DNA of 64,000 nucleotides from NCBI GenBank assembly GCA_030599585.1, contig JAUVNS010000019.1:16404-80403 (forward strand), given 5' to 3'. Source of the DNA: Promethearchaeota archaeon. Lineage in GTDB: Archaea; Asgardarchaeota; Lokiarchaeia; Sigyniarchaeales; SOKP01. Shown piece after piece: positions 21,301-36,300 of the stretch. A program made the translations under genes and the position numbers. Each line of letters starts with the position of its first letter. Positions within the stretch are counted from its first letter, which is position 1. The notes under the pieces are model-generated. The model was given only the letters and a program-made list of their open reading frames with translations. It ran no database searches and was not told the DNA's origin.

Positions 21301-24300
21301 AATGCATCGTCGCTTTCTACACCGTAGGTTTCAATGTCGTCAGTAAATTCGAAATATCTTTCAACTCCATAGGGTATTGATGTATCGCCGATGTAAAAAT
21401 CTTCGTTGGTATCTAAATCCGAATAAGTCTGATAAATAATCATGTCTGTTCTAATATCAGAAGATACTATCGACATGTTAAGTATGTGCAATTGTTGCTC
21501 CCTGTTATCTTCAATCATTCCCGTTTGGTTGTAAGAGGCGTCAACTGTGACGTTTAATTGAACTTCTTTTCCCATAAGCATTGCTCCGTCTTGTCCTAAC
21601 GGATACTCGAAATAATACAGCCCGTCGTATACCAAAGAGCTTATCCAAACGTCTTCGTCCCCCAGTTCAAACCACTCTAAATCGTTCCAAGCGGTTTGGG
21701 AACCGATATCGCGCGCTCTGGCAGATATTTTGAAGTTCACGTAATCGTTTAATCCTATCTGACTGTGAAGGGTAGCTAAATAACCGGTTAATCGAGGATA
21801 GATGTCTTCGTAAAATCCGTAGTCCTCGCCGAAGCTAGCGCCTCCCCAGCCCGAATCGTACCAATTCAATAAGTCCAAAGTCATCGTAGGCTCTCCAAAC
21901 TTCATCCAATTTTCCGGTCTGACTTCTAAAGTACAGAATCGATACACTTCTTTGGTATAAGAGCTTGCTGGCATGTGAATGTTAACTTGATACACTCCTG
22001 GATCGAGTTGAGTTAAGTAATAATCGGTCAATCCGGTGGCGTCATCGATAGTAACTTGACCGTTTTGGTCGACATACGCGATAAATTGAGGCGATCCTTC
22101 GGCAAAAGGGCTATTTCCACTGTAATCGGTAATTGTAACTACTACAGGCGATCCATCGTATAAATAATTGTGACTCGAGCCAAGTTCTGGAATTAAGTTT
22201 TCTTGGTCAAATTGATTAGCCATTTCCTCTTCAGTCATTATGTTGGCGTCTGGAATTAAATCTGCCTCAGCAATTTCGATGTCAAACGCAAAAATATCTT
22301 CTTCCTCGGACTCCATCTGATAGACCAGTAAATCTGGCACTCCAAGTAGAAGATCTTCGGCGTGAACTGTAATTAATCCTTCCCCATAACTTCCGCGATA
22401 GAACTGCGTAGCGCTAAAATCGTAATCGTCAAGTTCGGAAACTCTGCTTAAGTCAAACACGTTATCGTTGTTGCTACCATATACTTCTGATTTATCGACA
22501 AATGCCATATCTCCGGCGTTAAACACGGGAGCGTGAATCACTCTCACATATAAACGATAATCTTCTAACGAATCTCGAGTAATCGAACCGCTACTGAACA
22601 TAGATTCGTCGAACACGCGAGCGAAATCAGCTATTAAATCTTGATTAAAGGACACGTTGAACGATACTACTCCAAATTCGTTTGTTATTTGGTAATCCCA
22701 AATATAACTGGAATAGAAACCGTATTCTCCCGAATCGGGATCTTTGTATTCCCACAGCTCAGGGCGAGTAAGCATCCGAGAAGTGCCTGCTTGCATTACT
22801 CCCGGACCAAAACACGTTTCAGAACCCTCGTCTGAGAAAAAGGCGTTTCCTAACGCTTCAGAATCTATATATTCTCCGCTTTCGGTTTCCCAGTCGATCG
22901 TTTTAAAGTTTAATCCCGCTTTAGGTTTAATTCCAACTTCCAACCACACGAGGTTGTTGGCTATTGCTTTTCCTTCGACGTCTTGGAGCCTAAACTTAAA
23001 GTCGTAGGAGTCTGTTATTGTTTTTTGGTAATTTAAAGCGGTATACGGTTCGCCTTCGTGTAAAGTTTCGTAAAGATTTGTGGTAGTATAATATTGTCTC
23101 GATGGAATAATCACTCCATTGTCAACGCTGGTGGTGTATTCGGTAGGAACGTATTCTATTGAGCTCGTTTTACCTAACACTGTAATAGTAAACAGTTCGT
23201 AAATGTCTTGCGTTGTGTTGTAAACGCTGTTATAACTCGAATACTCAACTTCTAAGTGCTCGTTGTTGTAATTCGTCAAATTATTAGGTAAGTAACCAAG
23301 TCGAGCAATTATTACCTCTCCTAAGGGTAATTGTAAACCTCCCTCGCCTAAGAAGAAACTTTCGTCGAAATCGCCTAAGATTCCAAGTGGTATTTTTTTA
23401 ATTGGTTTCCAAATACCGTCTTCGTCTAAAAATTCCAATATTAAATGACTCGCTAAATTAACTTCTTCGGTCAAATATCCTTCGTATTCGATGTAATATG
23501 AAAATTGTTCGCTAATAGAATAATATTGATCTATCGAAGTGTTAAAAGCGTAAAAAATTACTTTATTTCGATTAGTTCCGATCAAGTCGTAATCTGTTCC
23601 TTCAACCATCTGAACTTTAATCTCGTGCTCTCCAAACCTAACAAACACGCTCGAATCGAAACTATCTATTGAGTAATGATTTAATTTAAGCACCGGAATA
23701 AATGTATATTCGAAAATTACATCGACCGATCCTGTACCGGTGTAAGTGAAATTAAGAGCGTCAATTCCCGCCATGTTTACGATTTCGTAATGGAAGTTCG
23801 CCGGGTCCAAAATCTCGTACGCGCTTCCCGTGTCTTTCCACACTTTTACTAAGTCAATAATTCCTGATCCGATGGACGAATTATCTAATATGTAGTTAGG
23901 CGATACATCTGAAATTTGACCTGCGATCAAAGAACTATTTTCTGTTTGAATGTTTAATAAGTTAATCGGCTCTTTAAACGTTGAACGATCTACCCATTCA
24001 AATGTCCCGTAATCAAAGACTCGGAAATCGACTGGAGTTAAAGCGTCTTCTGCGTCTACGAAGGATACGGGAGTGATTTTCTTTCCCTGCATAACTCGGT
24101 AAGTTAGTAATAATTCAGTATCGTAGGCTATAAGGTGATCGTAATCAGAAGTCCAATTAACTATTAGCATAAATTTATTGGGGTGATCAATCATGTGATA
24201 AGCGTAGTAACTTATCCAACACCCTTCTATTACGTTCGTAGCGTAATTAAATTCTTGTCCGTCTACAATCTCGAAAAGGTTCGTTATTTTGTTTTTGTTT

Positions 24301-27300
24301 TCTCTATCGATAAACTCAAGCTTGAAATTGTCGATATCTATAAAGTCGGAATCGCCAATTAGCCCGTGAAGATCGATCTCGTATTCGCTGAGGGTGAATT
24401 CTCCTACGGGGTCGGTCGCTTTATATTCGATAACTTCTCGGTTTCTGTAATATGTCTTTGAATCTAAAATTGACCCGCTTAAGCTTAGATCGGAGTTAAA
24501 TTTTTCTACAAATTCTGATATGAGCGTAAAACTATAATCTTCGTTAAATATAACCTCTCTTTCGTTCCAGAGATTTATCTTCGACAACGTTTCAGGAACT
24601 AAATCTATTAATATTTCTTGAGTAGAATTAACTTGTTTTTCGACGTCGAAAGGTAAAAACATAAACTTTACGGAATAATCAGGTGAAATATCTTCTATTA
24701 AAGTAAATCTGCAATAATATTTGTTAACGCTGTCGTCCCAATCCATAAACGATAAGCCTAATAAAGTGTCAGAAAGGGTGTCGTACATGCCCATTAATGG
24801 CGTAGTGTATTCGTAAAGCGGATTAAGTTCGGTAGCGTATTTAAGATTGAAATAGACGTCAATAGAATCGGCAAACGATAGTAAGTTGTTTCCGGTAAAG
24901 TTTAATTGTTGTTTATCGCTATCGAAAACTGTAAAATTGGTCAATTCAGTATTGTATTTTTCTATTTCGATTGAACTTCCAATAACGTTATAATCGTATC
25001 CAAATTCGCTGAAAAAGGCTGTTAATTGAGAATCATTTGACAATAAATCGTAGACCGAAATTTCAGACACGCCAAAAATTTGGTATGGGTAATTTATTAC
25101 GGTAAATTCCAAATCTGGATCGTACATTGATAGACTACCTGGCCAAACAGGAGCGTCAACAACAATGAAAGTTATTGCCATGAGAGTCGAAATGTCAAAC
25201 GGAACTTTTATGTTTGAAGCAGCTAACTTAACAAAATCTACGTAGATTGGTATTTCTAACATTTCTGAAAGTCCGGGGATCACTCTTTTATAGAGGCTGG
25301 CGTTTTGGTAGTATTTATCTAAGTCGAGAGCGTCCAATCGATAATAAAAGACGTTGTTCTCGAAATCTCTAAATTCTATGTCTAAGGTTTCAATAGTGCC
25401 GTGAGTGGAATAAATGTTAGGTATTAACAATTCGAAATACATACCGTTGGAATCGGGATTCTTAAGCACATCTGCGTAATCTGAGCCGTAATAGACAACA
25501 ATTATCTCGTTATCTTTTACGTTAAGTTGATCTAAGTCGATATTCCAAGATATCGTGCCGTTGGTGGCAACGCTGTATTCAGAGCTATTAAAGGCGTATC
25601 GATCCTCGAAATTTTCGAGTTGTGCGTCCCATTTGTAGCAATACATTTCTTGAAGGCTAAGAAAATCGTTCATAATAAAACCTTCTTTTTCTGGGATGTA
25701 TAGAATGTCGGATTTAAGCTCTTGTAGGTTGAATCTTAACCCGAGCGGTTCTTCTTGAGAGGCGTGCTTGGCAAACGCGTAGTAATCTTCTCCAACAGAA
25801 TCCCAATTGAGCTTGCGATCAATCTCGTAGTTCGCATATAGCTGGTTTTTAAACATGTTATCCGAGCGCAAAACTAAATCGTATAAGCTGTCAAGCACGA
25901 TCTGGTAGGATTGGGTCGTCTCGTTCCAAAGAGTGGTTTTAATAAAGAAATTGCCTGATTTAAGCTGAATTTCTTTGTTTTTTAGCTCGCTATTGTCAGG
26001 ACCTATTAAAGTAAAATTAACAATATCTCCTAATCCTGAGTATAATCTATTAACGTCAATTAAGTTGTCTTCAAATTGGATCGTAACCTCGTTTGACACT
26101 AAAATTTTAGGAATACCTCCGTCGTACGAGTAGGAATCTCCTAAATAGCTGGAGTTGGTAATGGAGTTTCCTGCGGCGTCGGTGAGCCTTACTTCAATTA
26201 CATAATAATAAAGGGAGTGATCTTCGTATCCTGAAACTGGTATACCTAGATCAAACAATTCGTCGAAATTATCGCTTAAGGCGAGAAATCCCGATTGATA
26301 TGCTAAATTATCGTTGTGATCGAACACCTTTACCTGATATTCTTCGGTAATAGGTTCGTTATAATAGTAATCGTTGTGGTTTATTATGCTCGCTAGGTTA
26401 TCGTTGCTATTTACGTCAATTAAAGTCCAAGGAGCAGCAAAATTGTTTAAGGAATAATCGGTTTGCCCGTCTCCAATTGCAATCGTAGAAGTAGGAGCTT
26501 CAAAGTCTAGTACGCAATTATAGGAAATATTTTTCTTGGTTCCAAAATCAACGTCGCTCAATTCTACAATTAGCGTGAAATTATCTCCCGAAACTAAAGA
26601 ACCGCTGAAAAACGATTGAATGTTCGTCCAATTATACAAAAATTTATTGATTGTGTTTTCAACTGTAGTAAAGTCTCCAATTTTTGTGGCGTTTGTAGTG
26701 GGAGAAGAACCTCCGCTAATTGAAGATGGCCATTGAACTACGTCGTAAGTAATTACCTTTTCTTGACCGTGATCGCATTCTGTAAAAGTAATTTCGTTAG
26801 CTGCCGTGAGTCTGTAATCGGTTGCGCCTCTAGGGAAATAAGTTCCTCCGCCATCGGTGCTACACTGCGCAAAAATACTCGTAGAGTCCATATTGCTCAC
26901 TGTAGTAATAGTCTCAGTCCATGTATGCTCTTCTGAAGCGCCTCCGTCGTTCAAGAAAAAGTCTCCGTGTTCAACTACCATGGAATCGGCTGTAGATTCT
27001 ATAATCCAAATCACTTTATTTCTAACTCCTGCCGTATCTTTATTTCTAATCCGCAATTGCGTATTACTAATTAAGTCGATGTTGTCGCCTGCATCGTTTA
27101 GTCCCGCTGCGCTGTCAAACCTAAATTGTTGGTGAATAAACGCTCGCGAATAATTAGTAAGAGCATATCCTCCAACGCTAGTAATTAATACGTCTGTATG
27201 ACCCACTCCAGTTTCTGTGACCCACACAGTCGCTTCGTTAGAAACATCTAAGCGTTGTACATCTTTCCAATTAGATCCAGCAAATTCGACCACTGCGTAG

Positions 27301-30300
27301 CTTACTCCATCGTTACTCGCAACACTTTGACCGCGAGTAAACCTAGGTGTGTAAGGGCCACTACCTTCTAGAGAAGCTGTGAACAATCCATACTGAACAT
27401 TAGTAGCGCTTGAGGCGACTCCATATTGTCCCGTAATAAACACAACTACTTTATTAGAATCAGAAATTGTTGAGATAGAAGCGCCGTCAGCGTAAGAAGT
27501 GGTGCCAGAACACGTTGTGATGTCTACATCTCTCACAATAATTTCGTTGTCTCCACTTGAACCAATATATTGTAAAATTTCCCAAGTAACTCTACAATCA
27601 AGATCAGTTCCTGCTCTTTGGAAGGTAATAGAAGTTGCGATGTTGTCAGGATTTTGGATTCTTACTGCCCAATTGTCGAGTTCTGAAACGGTTGCCGAAT
27701 TTCTTCCGCCACTGGTTTGACCCATTCCCGTAAGCCGAGTGTTCGTAAGTCGAATAAAGCAAGTAGTAGAATCTTGTCCCGATTCCAAAGTATAATCTAC
27801 ACCTTCGGTAATCGTAATTGTTGTTGAAGAAGCACTAATCACGGCGGTTCCTCGTATAACCTTAAAACTATCTCCACTTCCTCCACCCTCTCCTCCTGAT
27901 TCGATAGAAGAGAAAAGCGAAGCGCCATCCACGTTGCTCGATGTTGTCAAGTCTAAAATTTTATCTTCTCCAAGAATTATGGTTTTGTTCATGTTGTACT
28001 CGTTATAATACAAAAAGCCCTCTAAATCGGTGGATGTAAAGCACACGTCCGATATATGTTCGACAAAATATACTCGGGAATCTGAAGTGGTGTTAAATAT
28101 GTCGTCGTCGTTAGAATCGTATAAGTAAGAGAATTGGTATTTAATAAAAGCCCTGTCGTTGTTGTCAATATTTTCTAAGAACCCTCCGGAAAACCCTATG
28201 TCTTGCTCGGAGTCGCCGTTAATATCTCCAATAAAAATAGACGAATTCTCTCCTAAAACCTTTGGAGTGATCAGTTCCTTATTAATCGTAGTTATTTTTG
28301 CTCTTACATCCCACTTAGTAACTTCTACTGTGGCGTGTATGCTAAACATAGCGTCGTAAGCGTATTGGATAATACCTTTAAGCTCCCATTCGTAGCTTAA
28401 GAAAAAGTCTACGAAATATTTACCAAATTTATATTGAATAAAATCGTATAAATCATCTTCGTTCGTGTGTTTTATGTAATACTTACCGTTTGATTTGTCT
28501 ATATCGTGTTTGGTACCATATTTATCGACAATATACACAGAAACGTAATTAGAATAAAGCGTGTAGTTATTGAACATCTCGTTAACATCAACTCCATCTA
28601 CAGGAGCGTCTGATATATACACGTTCCTCTCCCAATCGAGGTCAAAACTGAGTTCGTTAATGTGGGCTGTTACGCTTTCGTCACCGTCTGGATGAATAAC
28701 ATCGGTAATGTCTGCCGAGAAAGTAAGTTGAGGATTAAGCGAAATTACGCTATCAATTGGGTTGTAAAACATTTGAACGGTCAATTCTTCTATGTCAAAA
28801 AAGGTTTTGGTAGAATATTCGTCGCCAAAATAGTTTTGATCTATTTTAAATCGATACTTCAGTTGATATATGAAATTGTCTTCCGTAAGTCCATCAAAGT
28901 TAATGAAATCTACGGAAACGCGATCGATAAAATAAGCGAAAGTTCTGGCGTCGTTATCGTTGAGATCGTATACCACGTAAGGGACGGATATCCAAACATC
29001 GTTAAAATAATCGTAAAATTCAAGTTCGAGTAAATTAACGTCTTTATACAGCTTGTTGCTTAATTTTTTGTACATGTCTTGGCTATCAGTAGTACCAAAG
29101 AACCAACTTCGGATTTGCGGTATTTCGGTAAACTTCACTACTAAGGATACTGCCTCAATCCTCTGATCTGCGGAAACCGAAAAATTGTGAAGAAATGGTT
29201 GGGTGTCAACGTATTCGTCTTTCTCCCAACTGTCGTAAATGTAAGACAAGTCAACGTTTAATATCGTATCAGGCGTAATTTCTGTATACAGAACAGAATC
29301 TACAAATATTTTGTCTCCAGCTATATGATAGTAATCAGTAGAAAGGACGATTTTGTTCTGATCGTTTTCAGAATCAATGACTTTGACCCTATCTACGCTA
29401 AATGGAGCGTTCAAATGTTCAAAGCCAAACACATAATACACTCCTTGCTTGATCTCCTCAAAAGTAAGAGGAATATTTATCTCCCGACTATCCACTAGGC
29501 TCGGTGGGTTGTTAAACTCTAAATTAGCGTAAAAAAGGTCGTATTCTTCGCTACTTTCAATTATTAAATCGTTTATATTATCTGTCGAATCGGAGAATAG
29601 ATAAAGCCTATCAATAACGAAATCTACCGGTGTGGCGCTTTGGTTGTTGATTATCCTTAATTGAAGGCGAGATTCGAGTAAAGTGGGGGAGAAAGAAATC
29701 TTAAACGTAGTTTCGGTAGTGGAACTTAGCGTAGCTAAGTGGTGATATCCAGAATCGTCTCCGTATAGCAACCAGAAATTAGAATCGTCGGACTCAAAAG
29801 TAATTCCGAGCCAATATTGTTCCACTCCAGTAGTTTCTTGTTCAGGAATAATTTGAGAATCAACCTGTAAAAGATCGATCTCAATTTTAAAGCGACCATT
29901 TTCGATCGTCTCTGGGGTATCGTCTAAGACTAAAGTGGCGTTTGTCCCCAAAAATTTAAGGAGAATCTCGTTCTCTTGACTGTAAAAAGCATTATTTAAC
30001 GTAAAAGTTTGTTCAGTAAAAGATTTAGACACTCCGCTCTCTAGCGTAAACCACGCTTCTGTGTTATAATTATATATGCTAAACGCAATAGACTGCGATA
30101 TATTCGTCCGATACGCGTATTTAAGAACTTTTGTTTCCAAATTAGTATTAAGTTTAATTTTCGAAGTAAACGAAGCGGTGTGATTTTCGTAATATACCTT
30201 TAATTGATCCAGTTCAAACTCGAATGCGGTCTGAGCAGTATTAGATCCTTTAAATCGCACGATAATGTTATATTCCGAATCAAAATAATTATTGTTAATA

Positions 30301-33300
30301 TCTTTTGTTAATTCTGCGGAAAAGCTTCTAGTGCCGTCAATGTTCTCCCACGATTCGGTGTTGTAATTCCAAATATCGAAGCCAAAGGTACTAGCGTCCG
30401 CGCTAGTTGAATACGCGTAATAAAGCTTAATATCTTCGGCATATAACGCGTCTGAAGTTAAGGTTATTTTAGATGCAGCCTCGATTCTGACTTCGAGAAC
30501 TTCCGCGTATGTTATTTCAACGGACACCATATCAACTTGTACATCACCCGCAACAAACCCGAATATTAAGTTTTTAGCGACAAGAGCTACTTCTAAACTA
30601 TCAACAGCACTATCGTCTAGTCCGAGATCAGTCCACTCTACGTTAAATGATTGATAAGTCGTGGTGAGACCTGAGACCAGCTTCTCTGAAGAATAACCAG
30701 TTCCGTCGTGAAACTTTACGAATAATCCAACGGAAGCGTCAGATACGGTCTTAAGCGCGCGAAGTGTAATTTTTACTTTGTATGCTAAATACCCAGAGCT
30801 AAGAGCTACATCGGTATACCTATGGCGATCTATTTTGTAAGGCGACACTGCTCCCTCGGAAGAGATGTAATCACTATCTGCGCTTTGAATTCTATCGTAA
30901 TGGTCTCCCGATTCGTCCCATTGTAGTGGCGAACTATCCAAATTAGGAGTAAGAGTTGTTGTAGAGGGTGTTCCGAAGATATATCTGCTGGTAAAAGTGC
31001 TGAGATCGTCGTCTTTAAACTCTAAGTCGCCTGCTTTATCCGATTCGCCTTCGGCGTAAGTTAAAGCGGACACTTCCAAAAGTTTAAGGTAATAAATTCT
31101 CGAAGAAAAACTAGTAAATTGATCTGATGCTATAAAATTAATAGTGTCAACATCTGCAATTATAAGACTGTCAAAATTAATTGTCGAGCCAGTGGCAAAA
31201 ACATTGTTATTGACGTAAAGAGTACCGGAGATACCGTTAGTATTTTCTAGGTGGCAACTTAAGTAGTAATCCTTACCGGTAATAGAGGGATCGAAATCAA
31301 AAATGATATTTACCAGTTGTCCTCCTAGAATCGTTTCTGAATTAATATAAACGTAATTACTATCGTCCGCGTAAGTGTTCGATATGTCTCCTGTTACCGA
31401 AGAACCGTAGTTTACCGTAATGTCGTCTATATTCTGAATGGTTTCGCTTTGAGTCTGGCTTGGTACGTATTTATAATAATCAGAATTTGCGACCACGGTC
31501 GAATAATTATCGTCTAGAAGATTAAAGTCTCCGTTGTAAATTGCATCGCCTTCGGAAATAACGAAATCCTCAGATTGGCGGGGCACATCTGGACCGTTAA
31601 ATATGTAGTCTAACCCAACACCTGAAGTAGCTTCGGAAGTCAAGGTTAAATAATCGTTGTCGTCGTCGATTACGCTAGAAAGGTCTCCTGTGTGGGTGCC
31701 TTGTTGCTGAGACAAACTATTGAATTCTTTAAGGCTTCCGTATCGGTAATTTTGAGAATTAATTAACGCAAGACCAGTTAGGTCATCGTAACCATATAAT
31801 TCTGTAATATCGGCAAAATGGGGATTATGCATGAAATCGGAAGTCATGTTAACGAATTGAACGCCTTTTTTCGAGGAAGAGAGCTCGATCATGTCGATAG
31901 AAGGACGCTCGTCTTGTAAATCCGCGTCAATTTCGGCGTTTAACACTTCCAGAGCAAATTGACCGTGTAATCGCTTTCCTCTGTGGATTCCTTTAAAATC
32001 TGCCGTAATATTTATTAGAAGTTCTTTTCCCTCTCCAAAACACTCAAAAAGTTTTTGTAAATCTAGACCGGACCCTTTAAGATCAATATCGAGGTTATAC
32101 GTGTCGTATCGATAGAAAACTTGAGCGTAATCTTCGAGATGGAGCGTTCCGAAATAAGTATTACTCCCCGAAACTCGTTGATAAAAGTCTAAATTAACGT
32201 CGTAATCGCTCGAAGATAAAATGTTTGTAACGCTTTCCTTTCCTACAAAACCGCAGGAAAAGTTAAGAATTAAATTTAACCCTAAAAATATCGAATTTTC
32301 GGTTTCTGCTATTGCAAACGGAAATTTCATGGCGCTGTGTTGTAAGAGGTTAATTTTTTCTTCGCGATTATTGTTATCGTTATTATATATCTCGTGAACA
32401 ACTGCCCTGATGTTAGTATATGGGCTTAAATTAATTGATTCTGAAAATTCTATGTAATCGATCGAATTGTCAGAGTTCAAGTGAACGAAATAAGGTTCTT
32501 CGCTATAGAAAGAGTAATCTTGCTCGAAATTCTTAGTGAAATAGTCAATTGAACCGTCGCTTTTTACGCCAATTACGTTCTCTACTATTGTTACGTTCTC
32601 AAAGTTCCCGTTAGGTTCGTAGTCCTTACCCCCTATTGGCGTCAAATCGCTCCAAACTTCCATAGTAAAATTAAATTTCTCGTAATTTAAGATTGCAGTA
32701 AAAGGTAGATATAACCTACCCTCAGTTCTGTCAAACCTATAAAAATCGCTTCCGATTGGGTCTTCGGGAGTGGGGTCTACTAAAACAGACACCATTTTAG
32801 GATTTTCGTTAATACCGTACACGTTCACAATTCGAGCAATATCGTCGACAGATATAGATCCTAACTGTCCGTTCAGATCGATCCAAGGTTGCTGTAGAGA
32901 CGCGGGTGCGTCAAATTCTTGCCCGTGTGCGATGTTAGATAGTTGAACGTTGCTATGGATAACATCTGAAGTTAAAAAGGTTCGAGCGTAAGAATTGTTG
33001 TATTTTAGTTCGGAGCTAACTGCCATTCTTCCTTTAGTATCAAAATTTTCGTCGTAGGTCACCTCCCAATTACCTTCGTTAAAAGTTCCAGGTATAACGT
33101 AAGTAAGACCGAGTAAAGTCATATTAGCTTTCCCCCCAACAAAACTGAAGAAATTCTTCAGATCGTACCCTTCAATATCGTTCGAAATTTTAAAGATAAT
33201 CGTACAATTATCGCTTTCTTTGCCATCATTGTTGCCAAAATAGTAATTATGATCGTGAAGTCTTTGAACAGAATCGTATTGATCGTGATCGGTTACAGGT

Positions 33301-36300
33301 TCTTCCATAGGCCACACGAGCTTATCCTCAATATCGTTGTAAGCATAAGCAGTCCCGTAGTAGGACAACCAATTTTTGTTTAAGGTGTCGTATATTTTTA
33401 GGTTAGGGCGCCACGACCAAGAGTTAAAGTTAGCTACCGAGACGTTGTATTGCAATTTTACAATTATATCTGAAATTCCATCGATATTTTCGGGGGTAAT
33501 TTCTGGAAAAGTAAGATTGAACGGCATAGCCGAAACAAATTCTTGTTCTTGCCACCAAGACGTTTCATAAGGGTAAGTGGTATCGGAGAGCCCTTTGCCC
33601 TCGGTATCTATTAATTGGGGCACAATTCTAAAGTCATTTATCTTATTTGTTGCAGAAATAGAATCTCCGTTTTTCGCAAAGTTTGGATAAGTAGCTTTCG
33701 AACCAAACCCAAAGCTAAGAGTGTTAGCTCCAAACGAACTATCAAATATTAAAGAGTTTATCGAACTAATCTGAGGTGCGATTGTTGTTAGCTTTTCTCC
33801 GTTAGAATTAAAGTTCGCATCGGAATCTAAAGAGATTTTATCGTATAAGTTATTTAAAACGTAGAATTCGTAGGAATCTGAAACGGGTAAGCCGTATTCA
33901 GTATTTAGTAGTCTATCTTCAATAGTAACTGGCTCGTCAGAATAATCGATATTAAGAGTAAACCAATCTACATCTAACCAATTAACCCATGTATTTAAAT
34001 AAAAGCCAATGTTTGAAGAATCAAGTTCTAAACTATCTGTATTCCTATAAATGTCGGTTAAGTCAAATTCGTTATCGCAATATATCATGGGGTAATCGGA
34101 GACAAGGTAAGAACCGGTATATACTTCCCAAAATTCTGATGGTATTTGAAAATTATCAAAAGACGATCTAATCTCGAACCTGTGCGCTAAGGAGGTAAAG
34201 AAATTGTTAGTAATTTCAAAGCCGGAAACTTCTTCCGATTCGCTTCCTCTAATTCTAAACTTATACGCAAATTCCATATCAGAAATATATTCACGATTGG
34301 GAATCGACTCAAAAGAAAACGACAATTCGTTGCTCGGTTCCATAAAATTACTTCTTCGAACCCACTCGTCATCATAATACTTGGTTAAAGCAGGTAAATT
34401 ATATCCCTCCTCGGGATAGGCTTGACCGTTAATAACAACCCAATTGGCGTCGCTTACAGAATCTACAAAAAATGTCGAACTTTCTACTCCTTCAAGAGGG
34501 TTCATTTGATAGTATTGATACGCAGGATCGAAATCAGGACTGCTAGTAGAATAATCCGTATAAAAATCTATATCTGACCATAGCCGTAAATCTTCGAATA
34601 CGGAGTCAAAATCGTACAGATTTTCGTTAAAACAGTAAATAATTTCTCTGTCCGTAGATGCGGTCGAATAGGTAAGGTTGTTATTTGTTTCTCCGGCACC
34701 AGATACGATTGCTGAATCCGTATAATCAAAGTCATCCCAGCTATCAATTTTGTGAAACACTTGATTTTTAATTTCTAGAACTATTATTTCTCCGCTATCA
34801 ATTGCGATTTCAGGATACAAATCAGTAATTACTCCTGGTAAAGAAAAACTCGAAATTTCGCTTCCATCAATGAAGAATTTCCACGTAGGTATATCGTTTA
34901 CCTTTTCACGAGTGATCTCCGCTAAGTGAGTCCCTTCTTCAAGTTGGGCTGCGTCGTAAGAATAGAAATTAGACCCCCCTATCTTAAATTTTACCGTTGT
35001 TGGACTAGTAGGGAGTTTGTTAAAGGTAAATGAGGCTCGATATTTCGCGTTGTCTGAATTATCGATATAATCTAATTGAGGATATGTTTTTGCTCGGTCG
35101 TTAAGCGAAATCTTTCCAGATTTTAATAACACTCCGCCGTTTTCTGCTTCTTCGACATTTCCTAACCCTCCTAAATCTAAGTTTATGTCGTTTAAGTTGT
35201 CTTTATCGGTTAACACAACGCATTGAAATTGCCTAAGAATAAGCTCAGAGGCACCTGTGGACCCATCTAATAATTTTAAAGTATCGCCTGTGTATCCTTG
35301 TAGTTTTACAGTAAAAGTAATTTTTCCATCTGAGACAAAGGAATTACTCAATTCCGATTTGTCAACCTTAAGGTAATCGTAATTGTAATCGTGTTCTTCG
35401 GATACGTCGTCGTTTGGATAGAAAGGGGTTTTTTGTTCGTATAAAAACTTAAATACGTCGTTCTCGTCTTGAGTGAAAAGACCTTCGCTAATGTATTCTG
35501 AATCGTATATGAAATTGGCTTCCAAGGCAGCATTACTGGGTTTTAAATACTTATTGCCGTATGTGCCATAGTCTATTGCCGTGGAATATATCGATTCTCC
35601 AAAATTAATCGTTTTATATTTCACTAACTCTTTAGTAGCGTGATTTAAATCTAGGTTTGTGGTTTCAAAACTTTGTCCAAAATTAGTGTTATCTAAAGAG
35701 ATGAAAATGTTGTCTTCTTCTCCAACATCAAAATTGTCAAACGATTGTTCTCCAGGAATAGGATATAAAACATGCCCAAACGAAGTAGATATCAAAATAC
35801 CTTGAATGGACTCAGCGTCCTCATTATGATCTAGTTGAAATTCAACTTTTAGGTATAAATCATCACCTGCGTTATCTTTTTCTTTCCAAACGCTCATGGT
35901 GTAATCTTTTTGAGTTAATGCGTCTTCAAAACTTGATGCTGAAGGATCGTAGCTACTTCCGTCTTGATCGATAAACGTAACATCACTTATTGTTGGTTTA
36001 TACGCTGCAACGTTGTCGATCCCGAATATTGACCCCATTTCTGCGGTTAACGCCGAATAATCGATGAGATCTTGTCGCATGTCGACAGTGGTAGATAAAG
36101 TTAAGTTTTCTGCCCATACAGAATCAATATACGAATTTTCGTACAAACTTTGGAAATCGTCAGGGCGGTTAAAATCTTGACCCGTTTCGAATTGGGCTAA
36201 ATCAGAACTCATAGAAACTTCTAATCCTGAGGTGGAAATCGTACCGTAATCCATTCGGTTGTTCCCAAACTCAGTGAGCAAGGATAAGTCAGACACAGAA

